Part shown: in pieces, positions 18,643 to 28,784 of the stretch | Numbering within the stretch: position 1 is the first letter of the stretch | Layout of the letters: the number at the start of each line of letters is the position of its first letter | The notes under the pieces: model-generated | The model's input: only the letters and a program-made list of their open reading frames with translations | Database searches by the model: none | Told to the model about the DNA's origin: nothing | Program-made: the position numbers and the translations under genes | NCBI GenBank assembly: GCA_034521575.1 | Contig: JAXHMJ010000001.1 | Location: forward strand, 263,282-327,281 | From: Candidatus Zhuqueibacterota bacterium | GTDB lineage: Bacteria; Zhuqueibacterota; Zhuqueibacteria; Residuimicrobiales; Krinioviventaceae | Length of the DNA stretch: 64,000 nucleotides | Direction of reading: 5' to 3'

Positions 18643-18998
18643 TAAAACGCGGGGTAGCGTGTGGGATTGTACAGAAGCAGGAATCAACTATATCGGGTGC
18701 GGGAGGTACGATAACTTTTGCGGTATATAATGGTGGAAATTTTTGGCCGCCTGATTCCATTTCATCATTTTCCATACCTTTACCTGAACAAGGCACAGAT
18801 CTGCGATATATCCGGTCATTCGGATGAAATGGTTTAAAAATGATGGAGATTTTACCTTTTTTTTAAGCAGTTGATAACACTCGGTACCCAAAAGATGAAT
18901 TCTCTGAATAAATTTACTTTTGCTAATTGGAAATATAAACAATTTTCCTTATATTTCCAATACAGCGGTATAAAAACAACAGAATATATACAGACGTT
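18643..18998 (+). pseudogene. array head copy 2: decayed tyrosine recombinase 3' end plus attI-like site
   Basis: About 21 differences from 8194-8552 by hand alignment; same EQGTDLRYI; ends TATATACAGAC-GTT at the next cassette. Confidence 0.6.
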
Positions 18999-19018
18999 GG
19001 CAATAATTTAAAGAGAAC

Positions 19019-20233
19019 ATGAAGGTAAAAGGATACATAAAAAAAGATTATACTGAAATAGCCGACTCGTTTAGAAAAAACTTTGAAATATTTGGAGAGT
19101 TAGGTGCATCACTTTGCATATATCACAACAATGAAAAGGTGATAGATATTTGGGGTGGATATAAAGATCTGAAAAAAGGCAACGAATGGGATGAAAATAC
19201 TGTTGTACCTATATTTTCAACCACAAAAGCTATAGCCTCAACTTGTTTAGCTATTTGCCACAGCAGAGGATTATTTGACTATAACAGTAAAGTCTGTGAA
19301 CATTGGCCTGAGTTTGGGATGGAAAACAAGAAAGAAATAACTGTTGAGCAATTACTTCAACACAGAGCTGGACTTTCGGCCATAGATGAAAAATTAAATT
19401 CCGAGAAAATAAAAAACCGGAAGTTTTTAGACAAAGTAATAGCTAAACAAAAGCCATTTTGGTACCCTGGACATTATCAAGGATATCATGTTTGGAACAT
19501 AGGATGGTATATTAGCTCATTACTTTCAAGAATTGAACCCCGGAAAAGATTTCTTAAAGAATTTATTGAACAGGAAATACTTCCAAATATTGAAGGTGAA
19601 GTCCGAATTGGTGTTGAAAATAACTATAATTGGTCAAAAATTGCCACATTAAGACCTTTCTCAAAGCTAAAAGGACTATTTTCTATGCCTTTTAAGTTTG
19701 TTTTTGAATTCTTTAAGCCTTGGTCACTTTCTTTCAAATCAATGTTAAATCCTCCGTTTGTTAGTAATCATTCCAACTTTAATAAACCTGAGATACTTCA
19801 ACTTGAGATGGGGGCTGGTGGAGGCATTGGGAATGCAAGAGGATTAGCCTCTCTAATTGATTCATTAACGGATGGGAATCATTCTTTACACTTAAAAAAA
19901 GAGACACTGGAATATTTGATGAAATATCCTGAAGCCCCAATAAAAGGATGGGAAGATATTGTTTTTAAACAGGATGCATTTAGATTCCACGCTGGATTTA
20001 TGAAACCATCTAAAAAGCATGATTTTGCAAAAACTATAAAAGCTTTTGGTGGATTTGGTGCGGGAGGAAGTTTTGTATTTCATGATCCTGAGTATAAACT
20101 TACAGTTGCATATACAATGAATAAAATGTCTTCTAAAATGATGAACATGAATAGAGAATTAAATATCAGAAATTCGGTATATAAAACTATTGCCAACAAA
20201 GCATCAAACCCAATAGCCGCGGGTGTTTCATAG
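19019..20233 (+). CDS. cassette 8: serine hydrolase, beta-lactamase/family VIII esterase fold
   Basis: IFSTTK (SxxK), LLQHRAGL, GYH, FGGFGAGGSF; no signal peptide. Confidence 0.85.
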   Translation: MKVKGYIKKDYTEIADSFRKNFEIFGELGASLCIYHNNEKVIDIWGGYKDLKKGNEWDENTVVPIFSTTKAIASTCLAICHSRGLFDYNSKVCEHWPEFGMENKKEITVEQLLQHRAGLSAIDEKLNSEKIKNRKFLDKVIAKQKPFWYPGHYQGYHVWNIGWYISSLLSRIEPRKRFLKEFIEQEILPNIEGEVRIGVENNYNWSKIATLRPFSKLKGLFSMPFKFVFEFFKPWSLSFKSMLNPPFVSNHSNFNKPEILQLEMGAGGGIGNARGLASLIDSLTDGNHSLHLKKETLEYLMKYPEAPIKGWEDIVFKQDAFRFHAGFMKPSKKHDFAKTIKAFGGFGAGGSFVFHDPEYKLTVAYTMNKMSSKMMNMNRELNIRNSVYKTIANKASNPIAAGVS

Positions 20234-20318
20234 GATAGTGATGAAGTTAAATGAAAATTTCGTACTTTTATGAAACGACAGTGGAAGCGGCTACAGGGTT
20301 TATGCTCGAACGTTGGCT
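20191..20318 (+). repeat. attC site 8
   Basis: TATTGCCAAC is the reverse complement of GTTGGCAATA (18996); arms AGCATCAAACCC / GGGTTTATGCT with an extrahelical C; R' GTTGGCT. Confidence 0.85.
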
Positions 20319-20379
20319 GCTATTATAAAAGACTTTGCAAGTAAATTAAATTCGAAAAAATAAACGAAATACAGAACAA

Positions 20380-20628
20380 ATGAACCAGAATGAACTATCT
20401 CAATTATCCAATAAGGAATTGCTCGAAGTAGTAAAGAACAGCAAACCCTCACCTATAATAGACGCATTTTTTATTGGGTTTTTGGTTGGAATAATAATTT
20501 ACAGCGTAGCTGCTAACTCGTGGGGTTTTCTCACCTTAATTCCATTGTATTTAATTTATATTTTCTTGAAAAAACCAAAGAAATACGAAGCATTGAAAAA
20601 TGAATTAAAAAAACGAAACTTGGAATAG
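20380..20628 (+). CDS. cassette 9 gene A: small two-TM hypothetical protein
   Basis: 82 aa with two hydrophobic segments; plausible start after the cassette leader. Confidence 0.6.
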   Translation: MNQNELSQLSNKELLEVVKNSKPSPIIDAFFIGFLVGIIIYSVAANSWGFLTLIPLYLIYIFLKKPKKYEALKNELKKRNLE

Positions 20629-20631
20629 ATG

Positions 20632-21342
20632 ATGTCGGGAATCTGTCAAAAATGCAAATCAGAGGTAACTCAAAAATACTGTTAACTTTGAGGTCATCCA
20701 AAAGCAATGACAAGAATTGATGCAAATTATTTGCTTCAAGAACTTTGTTCTGTCTTGAGTTTTGAAAAAGGTTTTTTATTTACCGTTCGCGAACTATCCA
20801 CTAACCCAGGGAAAAGCATAAAAGACTTTTTAAATGAAGATAGAAATAGATTGGTAAAACCAGTATTGTTTTTAATAGTAACGTCTTATTTATACTATAT
20901 TCAATAATATTTTTCACTTTGAGGATGGTTACGTACAATTGTCAGGCAACAAAGACTCAGCGACTCTTTCAATATCCAAATGGATACAAGGAAATTATGG
21001 CTATGCAAATATTATCATGGCTATCTTTATTGCAGGATGGGTCAAACTTTTTTTCAGAACGCAAAGTCAACATATTTGAAATTCTAGTACTTTTTTGTTT
21101 CGTTATGGGTATGGGAATGCTTATTTATGCGGCTTTTGGTGTCGTTCAAAGTCTGATAGATTTTAATCTAATACAGGTTGCAGTGATTGTTGGGTTCATA
21201 TATATGACTTGGACAATTTTATGGAAAAGGAAAGATTATCAATTATGTTAAAGCGTTTTCTGCTTACATATTGGGCATGATAACTTTTTCAATAACGGCA
21301 ATATTAATCGGTACAGTAATTGATTTACTTGCTAGACAATGA
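20632..21342 (+). pseudogene. cassette 9 gene B: DUF3667-like membrane protein, fragmented
   Basis: CQKC---TQKYC Zn-knuckle start and EKGFLFTVREL-TNPGKSIKDFL-EDRNRLVKP; multiple stops and frameshifts. Confidence 0.55.
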
Positions 21343-21352
21343 AAATAACAGC

Positions 21353-21484
21353 AGCCAACAGCGTATATAACTCATGGCGGGGAAAGTGGTTAATTCAAGC
21401 TTTGAGCATTTAAGGAAGTTTATTTCAAGCCGACAAGAAAGTGCTTTAAAAACCGCCACAAGTCATATACGCAAACCGTTGTAT
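21353..21484 (+). repeat. attC site 9
   Basis: AGCAGCCAAC is the reverse complement of GTTGGCTGCT (20312); arms GCGTATATAACTCATGGCGG / CCGCCACAAGTCATATACGC; R' GTTGTAT at 21478. Confidence 0.88.
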
Positions 21485-21570
21485 GCAAGTGTGCCCCATT
21501 TTTGTAGCCAAGGACTATGCATATTGCGAAAGGAATGCCGATTATGAGAGCAAAGAAGGAGAAGCAAGTT

Positions 21571-24375
21571 ATGAACCACATTTTCAGAGCATTAGTTTTT
21601 TTCTCTATCATCAGTATTTTATTTATTGAAAGTTGTAACAACGCAACACCAGGCAATTGGCAATGGGAAACTATCACAACGGTAGGAAAACCAACAGCAC
21701 GCCATGAGGCAGGTCTTGTAGCTTACAATGACAAATTATATTTAATGGGTGGGAGAAGAATTAATCCTACTTCGGTATTTGATCCTGCCACAAATACATG
21801 GACAGAGAAATCGGCTACGCCTATTGAGTTACATCACTTTCAACCAGTAGTTTTTAACGATGCAATTTATTTGATTGGTGCCATGACCGGAGGATGGCCA
21901 AACGAAACGCCTGTTGATAGGGTTGTTATTTATTATCCCGAACGTGATGAATATGTATATGGTGACACTATTCCTGAGCATCGAAGAAGAGGTGGAGCTG
22001 GCGCAGTGGTTTATAATAATAAAGTCTATTTAATTGGTGGTATTACAAATGGCCATATGAATGGTTATAAACCTTGGTTTGATGAATATAATCCCGAAAC
22101 TGGCGAATGGAAAACATTGGCTGATGCGCCGAATGCACGTGATCATTTTCAAGCTGTAGTTGTCGACAATAAGCTTTATGCATTTGCCGGCCGAACCACT
22201 TCAAAAATAACAGATCAAGATATGGCTTTAACTGTTAGTCACGGTAATGTATACAACTTCAAAACTCAAAAATGGGAAGCAGTAACCAATAATTTAGCCA
22301 TTCCAACCATGAGAGCCGGAAATTTTGCTTTTGGCTGGAACAATTCAATTATAATTGGCGGGGGCGAAACCGCCGAACAAGAGGATGCCCATAATGAAGT
22401 AGAAGCCTATAACGCCAAAACAAAACTATGGAGTAAATGGCCTTCTCTAAATCAAGGCAGGCATGGTACCGGGTTTGCCGTTATTGGAAACTATGTATAC
22501 ACTGCATCAGGCTGTGGAAGACATGGTGGTGAACCTGAACTAACAACGGTTGAAAGATTGGAATTACCCAAAGGAGATGTAGCGCCCCTATCTAAAATAT
22601 TAGATACCACAAAAGTATTTATGCAATGGCATACCATCACACTTTCTTTCAAAGGTCCCGAAACATCTGAAGCGGCTCAAGAAAATCCATTTTTAAACTA
22701 TCGATTAAGTGTTGAATTTAAAAACAAAGATACTAAGCAAAGCATTCGTGGTTTTTATGCAGCTGATGGAGATGCAGCCGAAACCAGTGCTAAAAAAGGA
22801 AACATTTGGCAAGTGAGATTTACTCCTGACAAAACAGGGAAATGGTCATACTCGGCAAAACTAAGCAAAGGGGATCGTATTGCCCTAAACGATGATCTAA
22901 ATATGGGAGAAACAGTTTCTGTCTCGAATGCTAAAGGCAACTTTATAGTTATTAAATCAGATAAAGACGGTGATGATTTTCGGGCTCACGGCCGAATAGA
23001 AGCCTCTCATGAATATTTTAAATTTAGGGGCACCGATAATTATTGGCTTAAAGCCGGAACAAATAGTCCGGAAAACCTATTGGCTTACATTGATATTGAT
23101 GGTACATATCGCACCAAAGCTGAGGCCAGAGAAGGAGAAGCTGCTGCGCCAGAAAATATACATGCTTACGAGCCCCATTTAAATGATTGGAAAACGGGTG
23201 ATCCTACCTGGAAAAACGGAAAAGGAAAATCATTGATCGGGGCTATCAATTATTTAGCGTCAAAAGGAATGAACTCAGCCTACTTTTTGACTTTAAATAT
23301 TTTAGGCGATGGAAAAGATGCATGGCCTTATGTGAGTCCTGATGATTTTACCCGATTTGATGTGAGCAAATTAGATCAATGGGAAATTATATTTGAATAT
23401 ATGCAATCAAAAGGCATTTTATTGCATGTGGTGTTACAGGAAACAGAAAATGAAACCATGCTCGATAATGGAGATACCGGACCTTTTCGCCAATTATACC
23501 TTCGGGAACTTGTTGCAAGGTTTGGACATCATTTGGGGTTGGTGTGGAATCTGGGTGAAGAGAATGGGCCGGTACCCTGGGCGAAAGATATGCCATCTCA
23601 GAATGATAAACAACGAAAGACAATGGCAAAATTTATTAAAGAACACGACCCGTATAATCATCCGGTCGTATTACATACCTTACCGAGTGAGGGTATACGA
23701 AAGGACATTTTAACAAATTTGCTTGGTTTTGAGTATCTGGATGGTATTTCTCTCCAACATGCAGAACGGGAAACAGCACCAGAGATAGTCTCTAACTGGA
23801 GGTTAAAATCTGATAGTGCTGGTCACCCCTGGCTGATTACTATGGATGAAATTGGGATGTGGTACGATGGTGCCATGACGGATGCTGAAGATCCTAATCA
23901 TTCTACACTTAGACGGTACGCCCTTTGGGGCACCTTGTTATCGGGAGGAGCTGGTGTTGAATGGTATTTTGGAGCAAAGCATCCACATAATGATTTAACT
24001 TCGGAAGATTGGCGACAAAGAAACCGTCTTTGGGAAATTACAAACTATGCTAAAGAATTTTTTGATACATACCTGCCCTATTGGGAAATGCAACCCGAAC
24101 ATGGTTTGGTTAACTCAAAAGAAGCGTATTGCTTGCGCAAGAAGGATGAGATTTATGCTATTTATTTGCCAAATTCTAAATCCTATACGCTCGATTTAAG
24201 CATTTCCAAAAACAGCTTTAGCGTACACTGGTTTAACCCATTAACCGGAAGTGAATTGCAAATCGGCTCAATAAAATCAATAAATGGCGGCGGAATTCGT
24301 TCATTGGGAAATCCACCAGAATTTGAGAATAATTTACCTGATCAGGATTGGGTGGTATTGATAAAACGGTTATAA
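21571..24375 (+). CDS. cassette 10 gene A: lipoprotein, Kelch beta-propeller + DUF5060-like + putative glycoside hydrolase TIM barrel
   Basis: Lipobox FIES-C; repeated LYLMGG/IYLIGA/VYLIGG/LYAFAG Kelch blades; GFYAADG, WQVRFTPDKTGKWSY, RFDVSKLDQW, VWNLGEEN; C-terminal FSVHWFNP. RBS GAAGGAG precedes ATG 21571. Confidence 0.75.
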   Translation: MNHIFRALVFFSIISILFIESCNNATPGNWQWETITTVGKPTARHEAGLVAYNDKLYLMGGRRINPTSVFDPATNTWTEKSATPIELHHFQPVVFNDAIYLIGAMTGGWPNETPVDRVVIYYPERDEYVYGDTIPEHRRRGGAGAVVYNNKVYLIGGITNGHMNGYKPWFDEYNPETGEWKTLADAPNARDHFQAVVVDNKLYAFAGRTTSKITDQDMALTVSHGNVYNFKTQKWEAVTNNLAIPTMRAGNFAFGWNNSIIIGGGETAEQEDAHNEVEAYNAKTKLWSKWPSLNQGRHGTGFAVIGNYVYTASGCGRHGGEPELTTVERLELPKGDVAPLSKILDTTKVFMQWHTITLSFKGPETSEAAQENPFLNYRLSVEFKNKDTKQSIRGFYAADGDAAETSAKKGNIWQVRFTPDKTGKWSYSAKLSKGDRIALNDDLNMGETVSVSNAKGNFIVIKSDKDGDDFRAHGRIEASHEYFKFRGTDNYWLKAGTNSPENLLAYIDIDGTYRTKAEAREGEAAAPENIHAYEPHLNDWKTGDPTWKNGKGKSLIGAINYLASKGMNSAYFLTLNILGDGKDAWPYVSPDDFTRFDVSKLDQWEIIFEYMQSKGILLHVVLQETENETMLDNGDTGPFRQLYLRELVARFGHHLGLVWNLGEENGPVPWAKDMPSQNDKQRKTMAKFIKEHDPYNHPVVLHTLPSEGIRKDILTNLLGFEYLDGISLQHAERETAPEIVSNWRLKSDSAGHPWLITMDEIGMWYDGAMTDAEDPNHSTLRRYALWGTLLSGGAGVEWYFGAKHPHNDLTSEDWRQRNRLWEITNYAKEFFDTYLPYWEMQPEHGLVNSKEAYCLRKKDEIYAIYLPNSKSYTLDLSISKNSFSVHWFNPLTGSELQIGSIKSINGGGIRSLGNPPEFENNLPDQDWVVLIKRL

Positions 24376-24410
24376 TTGATAGTAAAAAAAATCGAAATAA
24401 GGAACGAAAA

Positions 24411-26573
24411 ATGAAAAATTATAAAAACATATTATCATTTCAAATCAAACACATTCTATTAAGTATCTGCGTTATTGCACTATTCTCTTGTCAGCAATCA
24501 ACAAAAAATACGGCGGTTCCTGCCGTTCAAAAAATTGATCCAACCGTAGATACTTCAATTTGGTGGGAAAAAAATAACCTTCGACTGATACAAACAAACT
24601 TGCCTGCACCCGAAGGAGCTTTGAATCCTGATTCTTTGGTTAAGGATTTAATCAAGTTTTCGGCAAATACCTTGCTTATAAATGCAGGCGGGATAATGGC
24701 TTTTTATCCTACAAAACTTTTTTTTCATTATAAAAACCCGCATGTTAAAGGCGATATGCTGGGCCGGGTAATTTCTTTATGTCATGAAAATGGAATAAGA
24801 GTTATTGTTCGTTTTGACTTTAGTCGTGCACATAAGAGTTTTTTAAAAGACCATCCCGATTGGTTCTATATATCACCTAAAGGTGAAAGAGTCGATAATT
24901 ACGACATGTTGGTAACCTCTGTGAATGGTGAATACATGCAAAAACATGCATTTGCAATTATTCAGGAAGTACTTGATAATTATCCGATTGATGGTATTTT
25001 TATTAATATGTTTGGTTACAAAACATGGGATTATTATCATGGGGTATATCATGGTATTGATCAAAACCCGAACGATAAAAGACGGTTTAAAGAGTATTCC
25101 GGTGGAATGGAACTACCAACAGTTGAAGATCCGAATGATCCCGTATTTCAAAAGTATGATGAATTCAGAAAGCATACAACCAACGAATTACTAAAAAGGG
25201 TACATGATTTATTAAAGTCGAAAAGACCCAATATTGCTTTATGCACTTATAATGACGATTATGTTGACATAATGCGACATGAAGCCCAGGGTGAACTTCA
25301 CCATCTGCCTTATTTCGCGTACATAGCCTCTGAAAATGTTAATACAGTTGAATCAACCTTTGATGATAAAATATCAAGCAGTTCAAGTATACAACAAATA
25401 ACATTTGGTTCAAGATATCATGCTGTACCGCCCGTAAGAATTCGAAATCGATTATATCAGAATTTGGCTCATGGTTCTGGACTTGATATTAGTTTGATGG
25501 GTGACCTTCGTGATTACGAAGATGAAAGAGGTTTTGATGTAATTAAAAAGGTTTATTCTTATGCCGCCAGGAACGAAAAGTATTACGGTGACTATAAAAG
25601 TATGGCAGAAATTGCCATTATAAAAGAGGCTTACTGGCCAGGCGGGCCTGTTATGGAAGAAATGCGTGGAATTGAGCAAAACCTCAAAGAGGAACATATT
25701 CAATTCGATCTTATTCTTAAAAAACACTTTGCTGTTAGCTACAAAAAACTTAAAAACTATAAAATAATTATACTTGGACATCTCAGGAATTTCAATAAAA
25801 AGGAAATAGAGGCGCTTACCAGGCTCACGAATGATGGTGTAAATGTTATTGCTACTAATCAGGCATTGATGGATACACCTGGCGCATTAAAAGAATTATT
25901 TGGTACAAAAGTTAAGGAATCTTCTTTTGATGCATTTAAATATTATCTGCAATTAAAAGATCAGGCTGTTATTAAAAGGCAGGATAAATTGCATCAGTGT
26001 TTTCTTAAATGTAATTTTATGAAATGTAAATTCTCGGATGAAAGTGAACTTTACCTGCCTTTGCTTGATAAAGGAAGAGAAGGTCCGCCCGAAAGAATTG
26101 GAGGACATGTGCCCACCGGGTGGTTTGGTATTAGTATTTATCAGAAGAACAAATCAAAAATGGTTTATATACCATGGGAAATTGGAAGAATGTATCACAC
26201 CTATGGTTTTTTTGCACATAAAGATATCTTGTTGGATGTGATAGACTATATTAATCCTGAAATCACACAGGATTTTAATACCAATGCTCCTCCACAAGTT
26301 GAAATAACATTTAATAAATTCAGGTATAATTCCGATACAACAGATTCTTATAATAAATACATCATTAATTTGATCAACTTGTCGGGGTTCAATGGCCGCA
26401 GCTATTTTGAGCCTTTAGAAATAGATAATATCAACTTTGAATTTAAAGTGGATATAAAACCTGAAAAAGTATATGGTTTAAAGTCGGACAACACAATAAA
26501 ATTTGAGGGTGACACAATCATTAAATTTACATTAGATCATCTTCAGGATTTTGACGCAATAGTAATTGAATAA
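24411..26573 (+). CDS. cassette 10 gene B: lipoprotein, GHL6-like putative glycoside hydrolase with beta-galactosidase trimerisation-like domain
   Basis: Lipobox LFS-C; LRLIQTNL, NAGGIMAFYPT, GIRVIVRFDFS, HPDWF, YPIDGIFIN. Confidence 0.65.
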   Translation: MKNYKNILSFQIKHILLSICVIALFSCQQSTKNTAVPAVQKIDPTVDTSIWWEKNNLRLIQTNLPAPEGALNPDSLVKDLIKFSANTLLINAGGIMAFYPTKLFFHYKNPHVKGDMLGRVISLCHENGIRVIVRFDFSRAHKSFLKDHPDWFYISPKGERVDNYDMLVTSVNGEYMQKHAFAIIQEVLDNYPIDGIFINMFGYKTWDYYHGVYHGIDQNPNDKRRFKEYSGGMELPTVEDPNDPVFQKYDEFRKHTTNELLKRVHDLLKSKRPNIALCTYNDDYVDIMRHEAQGELHHLPYFAYIASENVNTVESTFDDKISSSSSIQQITFGSRYHAVPPVRIRNRLYQNLAHGSGLDISLMGDLRDYEDERGFDVIKKVYSYAARNEKYYGDYKSMAEIAIIKEAYWPGGPVMEEMRGIEQNLKEEHIQFDLILKKHFAVSYKKLKNYKIIILGHLRNFNKKEIEALTRLTNDGVNVIATNQALMDTPGALKELFGTKVKESSFDAFKYYLQLKDQAVIKRQDKLHQCFLKCNFMKCKFSDESELYLPLLDKGREGPPERIGGHVPTGWFGISIYQKNKSKMVYIPWEIGRMYHTYGFFAHKDILLDVIDYINPEITQDFNTNAPPQVEITFNKFRYNSDTTDSYNKYIINLINLSGFNGRSYFEPLEIDNINFEFKVDIKPEKVYGLKSDNTIKFEGDTIIKFTLDHLQDFDAIVIE

Positions 26574-28762
26574 TGGATGAGGACATGCAAAATATATTAA
26601 AGTTATTGTGCGCATTCATATTGTTAATATTCTTTTCATGTGGTAATAGTAAAACAATTCACGTCAGTTTTAACCAGGGTTCTTCTGTGTTAAAGTACGG
26701 AGTATCGAAACTTGAAGAACATGCTCAAGAGTCAGGATTTGTGGTTCGACAAAATGAACTCGACAAGGCAAACCAGGGAATAATTATCATCACTAAAAAT
26801 GATTCGCTTAACCCGAAACTGGAAGGTTACCGCTCAGAAAATAAAGATGACGGATATAACATTATTTTAAACGAGGGCCAAATTTATATTATTGGAAACT
26901 CTGAAAGAGGATGTTTATATGGGTTATTCGACTTGATAGAACAAACAGGAACTGATTGTGATATTTCTAAAGTTGAGGCCAAACAAATAAATCCTGCTAA
27001 TGCGTTTAGGGCGGTAAAAATAAATCTTCCGTGGTCACCATACCGACCGGGTCCAACAAACGATGTGCACTTGGAAACCTGCAAGGACTTGAAATTTTGG
27101 GAAGCATTTTTAGATATGTGTGTGAAAAACAGGTTTAATGCGGTGAGTCTCTGGAATAACCACCCTTTTCCATACATGATTCGGGCAAAGAATTATCCCA
27201 AAGCCACTCCATTTAATGACGAGGAGCTTGCGAAATGGCAAGATTTTTACAAAACGCTTTTTAAAATGGCAAAAGAAAGGGGGCTCGAAACATATCTTGT
27301 TAATTGGAATATTGTGGTATCGCCCGAATTTGCCGAAAATTATGGAGCAAAAGAATATTTCGATCGTTCAGAATTGGTGAAAAAATACACCAGAGAATCG
27401 GTAACTCAATTGATAAATGAATATAAAGATCTGACAGGATTTGGAACGACACTGGCAGACTGGATGGGAAATTGGGGCGATGAAAAAATGACGCCGGAGG
27501 AACGGGAAGAATGGATCAAAGAAACCATTGTTGAAGGAATAAAAAATGCAGACAGAAAAGTAAAGTTCATTCACAGAGCTGTTTTATCAGGTGATCCGAA
27601 ATTAATGAGAGAAGTGATTGATTATGCGGATTTACCGGAAAAAACCATCGTTGAGATTAAGTTTAACTGGTCGCACGGGCACTCAACGCCCAATCTTTCT
27701 TTAACCCATTCCAATGACGATGGTACCATTATGAGTGGATTTTGGGATCCAAATCCCGGGAATTTTTTTATAGCCTGGATGGTACGGAATGAAGATTTTT
27801 TTGTACTTTGTTGGGGGGATCCTGAATTTATCAGAGACCATATCAATACTAATAAACACGATTATGTTCAAGGATATTTCATCGGTTCTGAGGGCTACAT
27901 TCCTGCAAAAGATTATTCTTATATTGAACCTCATCCTCAAAAAACATGGAAATATGCTTTTGAAAAACAGTGGTTGTTTTATCACCTTTGGGGACGATTA
28001 CTTTTTGACCCAAATGAAAAAGATAGTACCCTTGCCAATGAGATTGAAAAAAGATATCCAGCTATTGATGCTCTAGCTTTCTTAAAAACATATTCACTGG
28101 CATCAAAGGTTCCTTTGAATATTGCCACATTTTATAAAGGCACATGGGATTTAACATTATACAGCGAGGGCTTTTTAGCACCCTGGCAACCTGATATCGA
28201 AGATGGAAGATCACCATTTATTTCTCTCCAGGAGTTTATTGATCATGAAACATTGGATAAACGGTACATGAATATTGGGGATTACGTTACAAAAGTTCAT
28301 GAAAATATTCCACTAGACAAGGAAATGATAACCCCCATTGAGCTTGCAGAAAGAACCAAAAGCAACTGCGATAAATCATTAGGGATCATCGACAGTCTTG
28401 AAAAACAGAGTAATGATCCTACATTCCATTCCGAAATTGAGGATCTTAAAACCTGGTGCTATCTTGGATATTATTTTGCAGAAAAGATTTATGCAGGAGT
28501 TGCCTTAAAAACTTACATGTTGTCAAAGGATATAAGAGATAAAGAAACCTCCCTTCAACATGCGGAGAAAGCATTACAGCATTGGAATAGAATTGTGGAA
28601 CTAACAAAAACCAGATATCAAATAATGCCTTATGTAATGATGACACATCCTGAGAACAGGTGGCCTGATTTTAAAGGTTTTCATTGGAAAGATTACCTGA
28701 AAGAGGTTGAGTATGATATTGAATATATAGAGAGTATTGAGTATGATATATTAATTCAGTGA
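26573..28762 (+). CDS. cassette 10 gene C: lipoprotein, putative glycoside hydrolase (GH20/GH67-like N-terminal domain + TIM barrel)
   Basis: Lipobox FFS-C; DDGYNI...IYIIGNSERGCLYGLFDL, FRAVKINLPW, RFNAVSLW; TAATG overlap with gene B. Confidence 0.55.
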   Translation: MDEDMQNILKLLCAFILLIFFSCGNSKTIHVSFNQGSSVLKYGVSKLEEHAQESGFVVRQNELDKANQGIIIITKNDSLNPKLEGYRSENKDDGYNIILNEGQIYIIGNSERGCLYGLFDLIEQTGTDCDISKVEAKQINPANAFRAVKINLPWSPYRPGPTNDVHLETCKDLKFWEAFLDMCVKNRFNAVSLWNNHPFPYMIRAKNYPKATPFNDEELAKWQDFYKTLFKMAKERGLETYLVNWNIVVSPEFAENYGAKEYFDRSELVKKYTRESVTQLINEYKDLTGFGTTLADWMGNWGDEKMTPEEREEWIKETIVEGIKNADRKVKFIHRAVLSGDPKLMREVIDYADLPEKTIVEIKFNWSHGHSTPNLSLTHSNDDGTIMSGFWDPNPGNFFIAWMVRNEDFFVLCWGDPEFIRDHINTNKHDYVQGYFIGSEGYIPAKDYSYIEPHPQKTWKYAFEKQWLFYHLWGRLLFDPNEKDSTLANEIEKRYPAIDALAFLKTYSLASKVPLNIATFYKGTWDLTLYSEGFLAPWQPDIEDGRSPFISLQEFIDHETLDKRYMNIGDYVTKVHENIPLDKEMITPIELAERTKSNCDKSLGIIDSLEKQSNDPTFHSEIEDLKTWCYLGYYFAEKIYAGVALKTYMLSKDIRDKETSLQHAEKALQHWNRIVELTKTRYQIMPYVMMTHPENRWPDFKGFHWKDYLKEVEYDIEYIESIEYDILIQ

Positions 28763-28784
28763 GGCTCCATAAATAAACACCAGC

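Noticed and set aside
18643-18998. The 360-bp module as a 3' extension of the group II intron ending AC|GTT
   Set aside because: Copy 1 occurs with no intron domain V, the module carries recombinase-like coding remnants, and joining the putative exons does not rebuild an attC.
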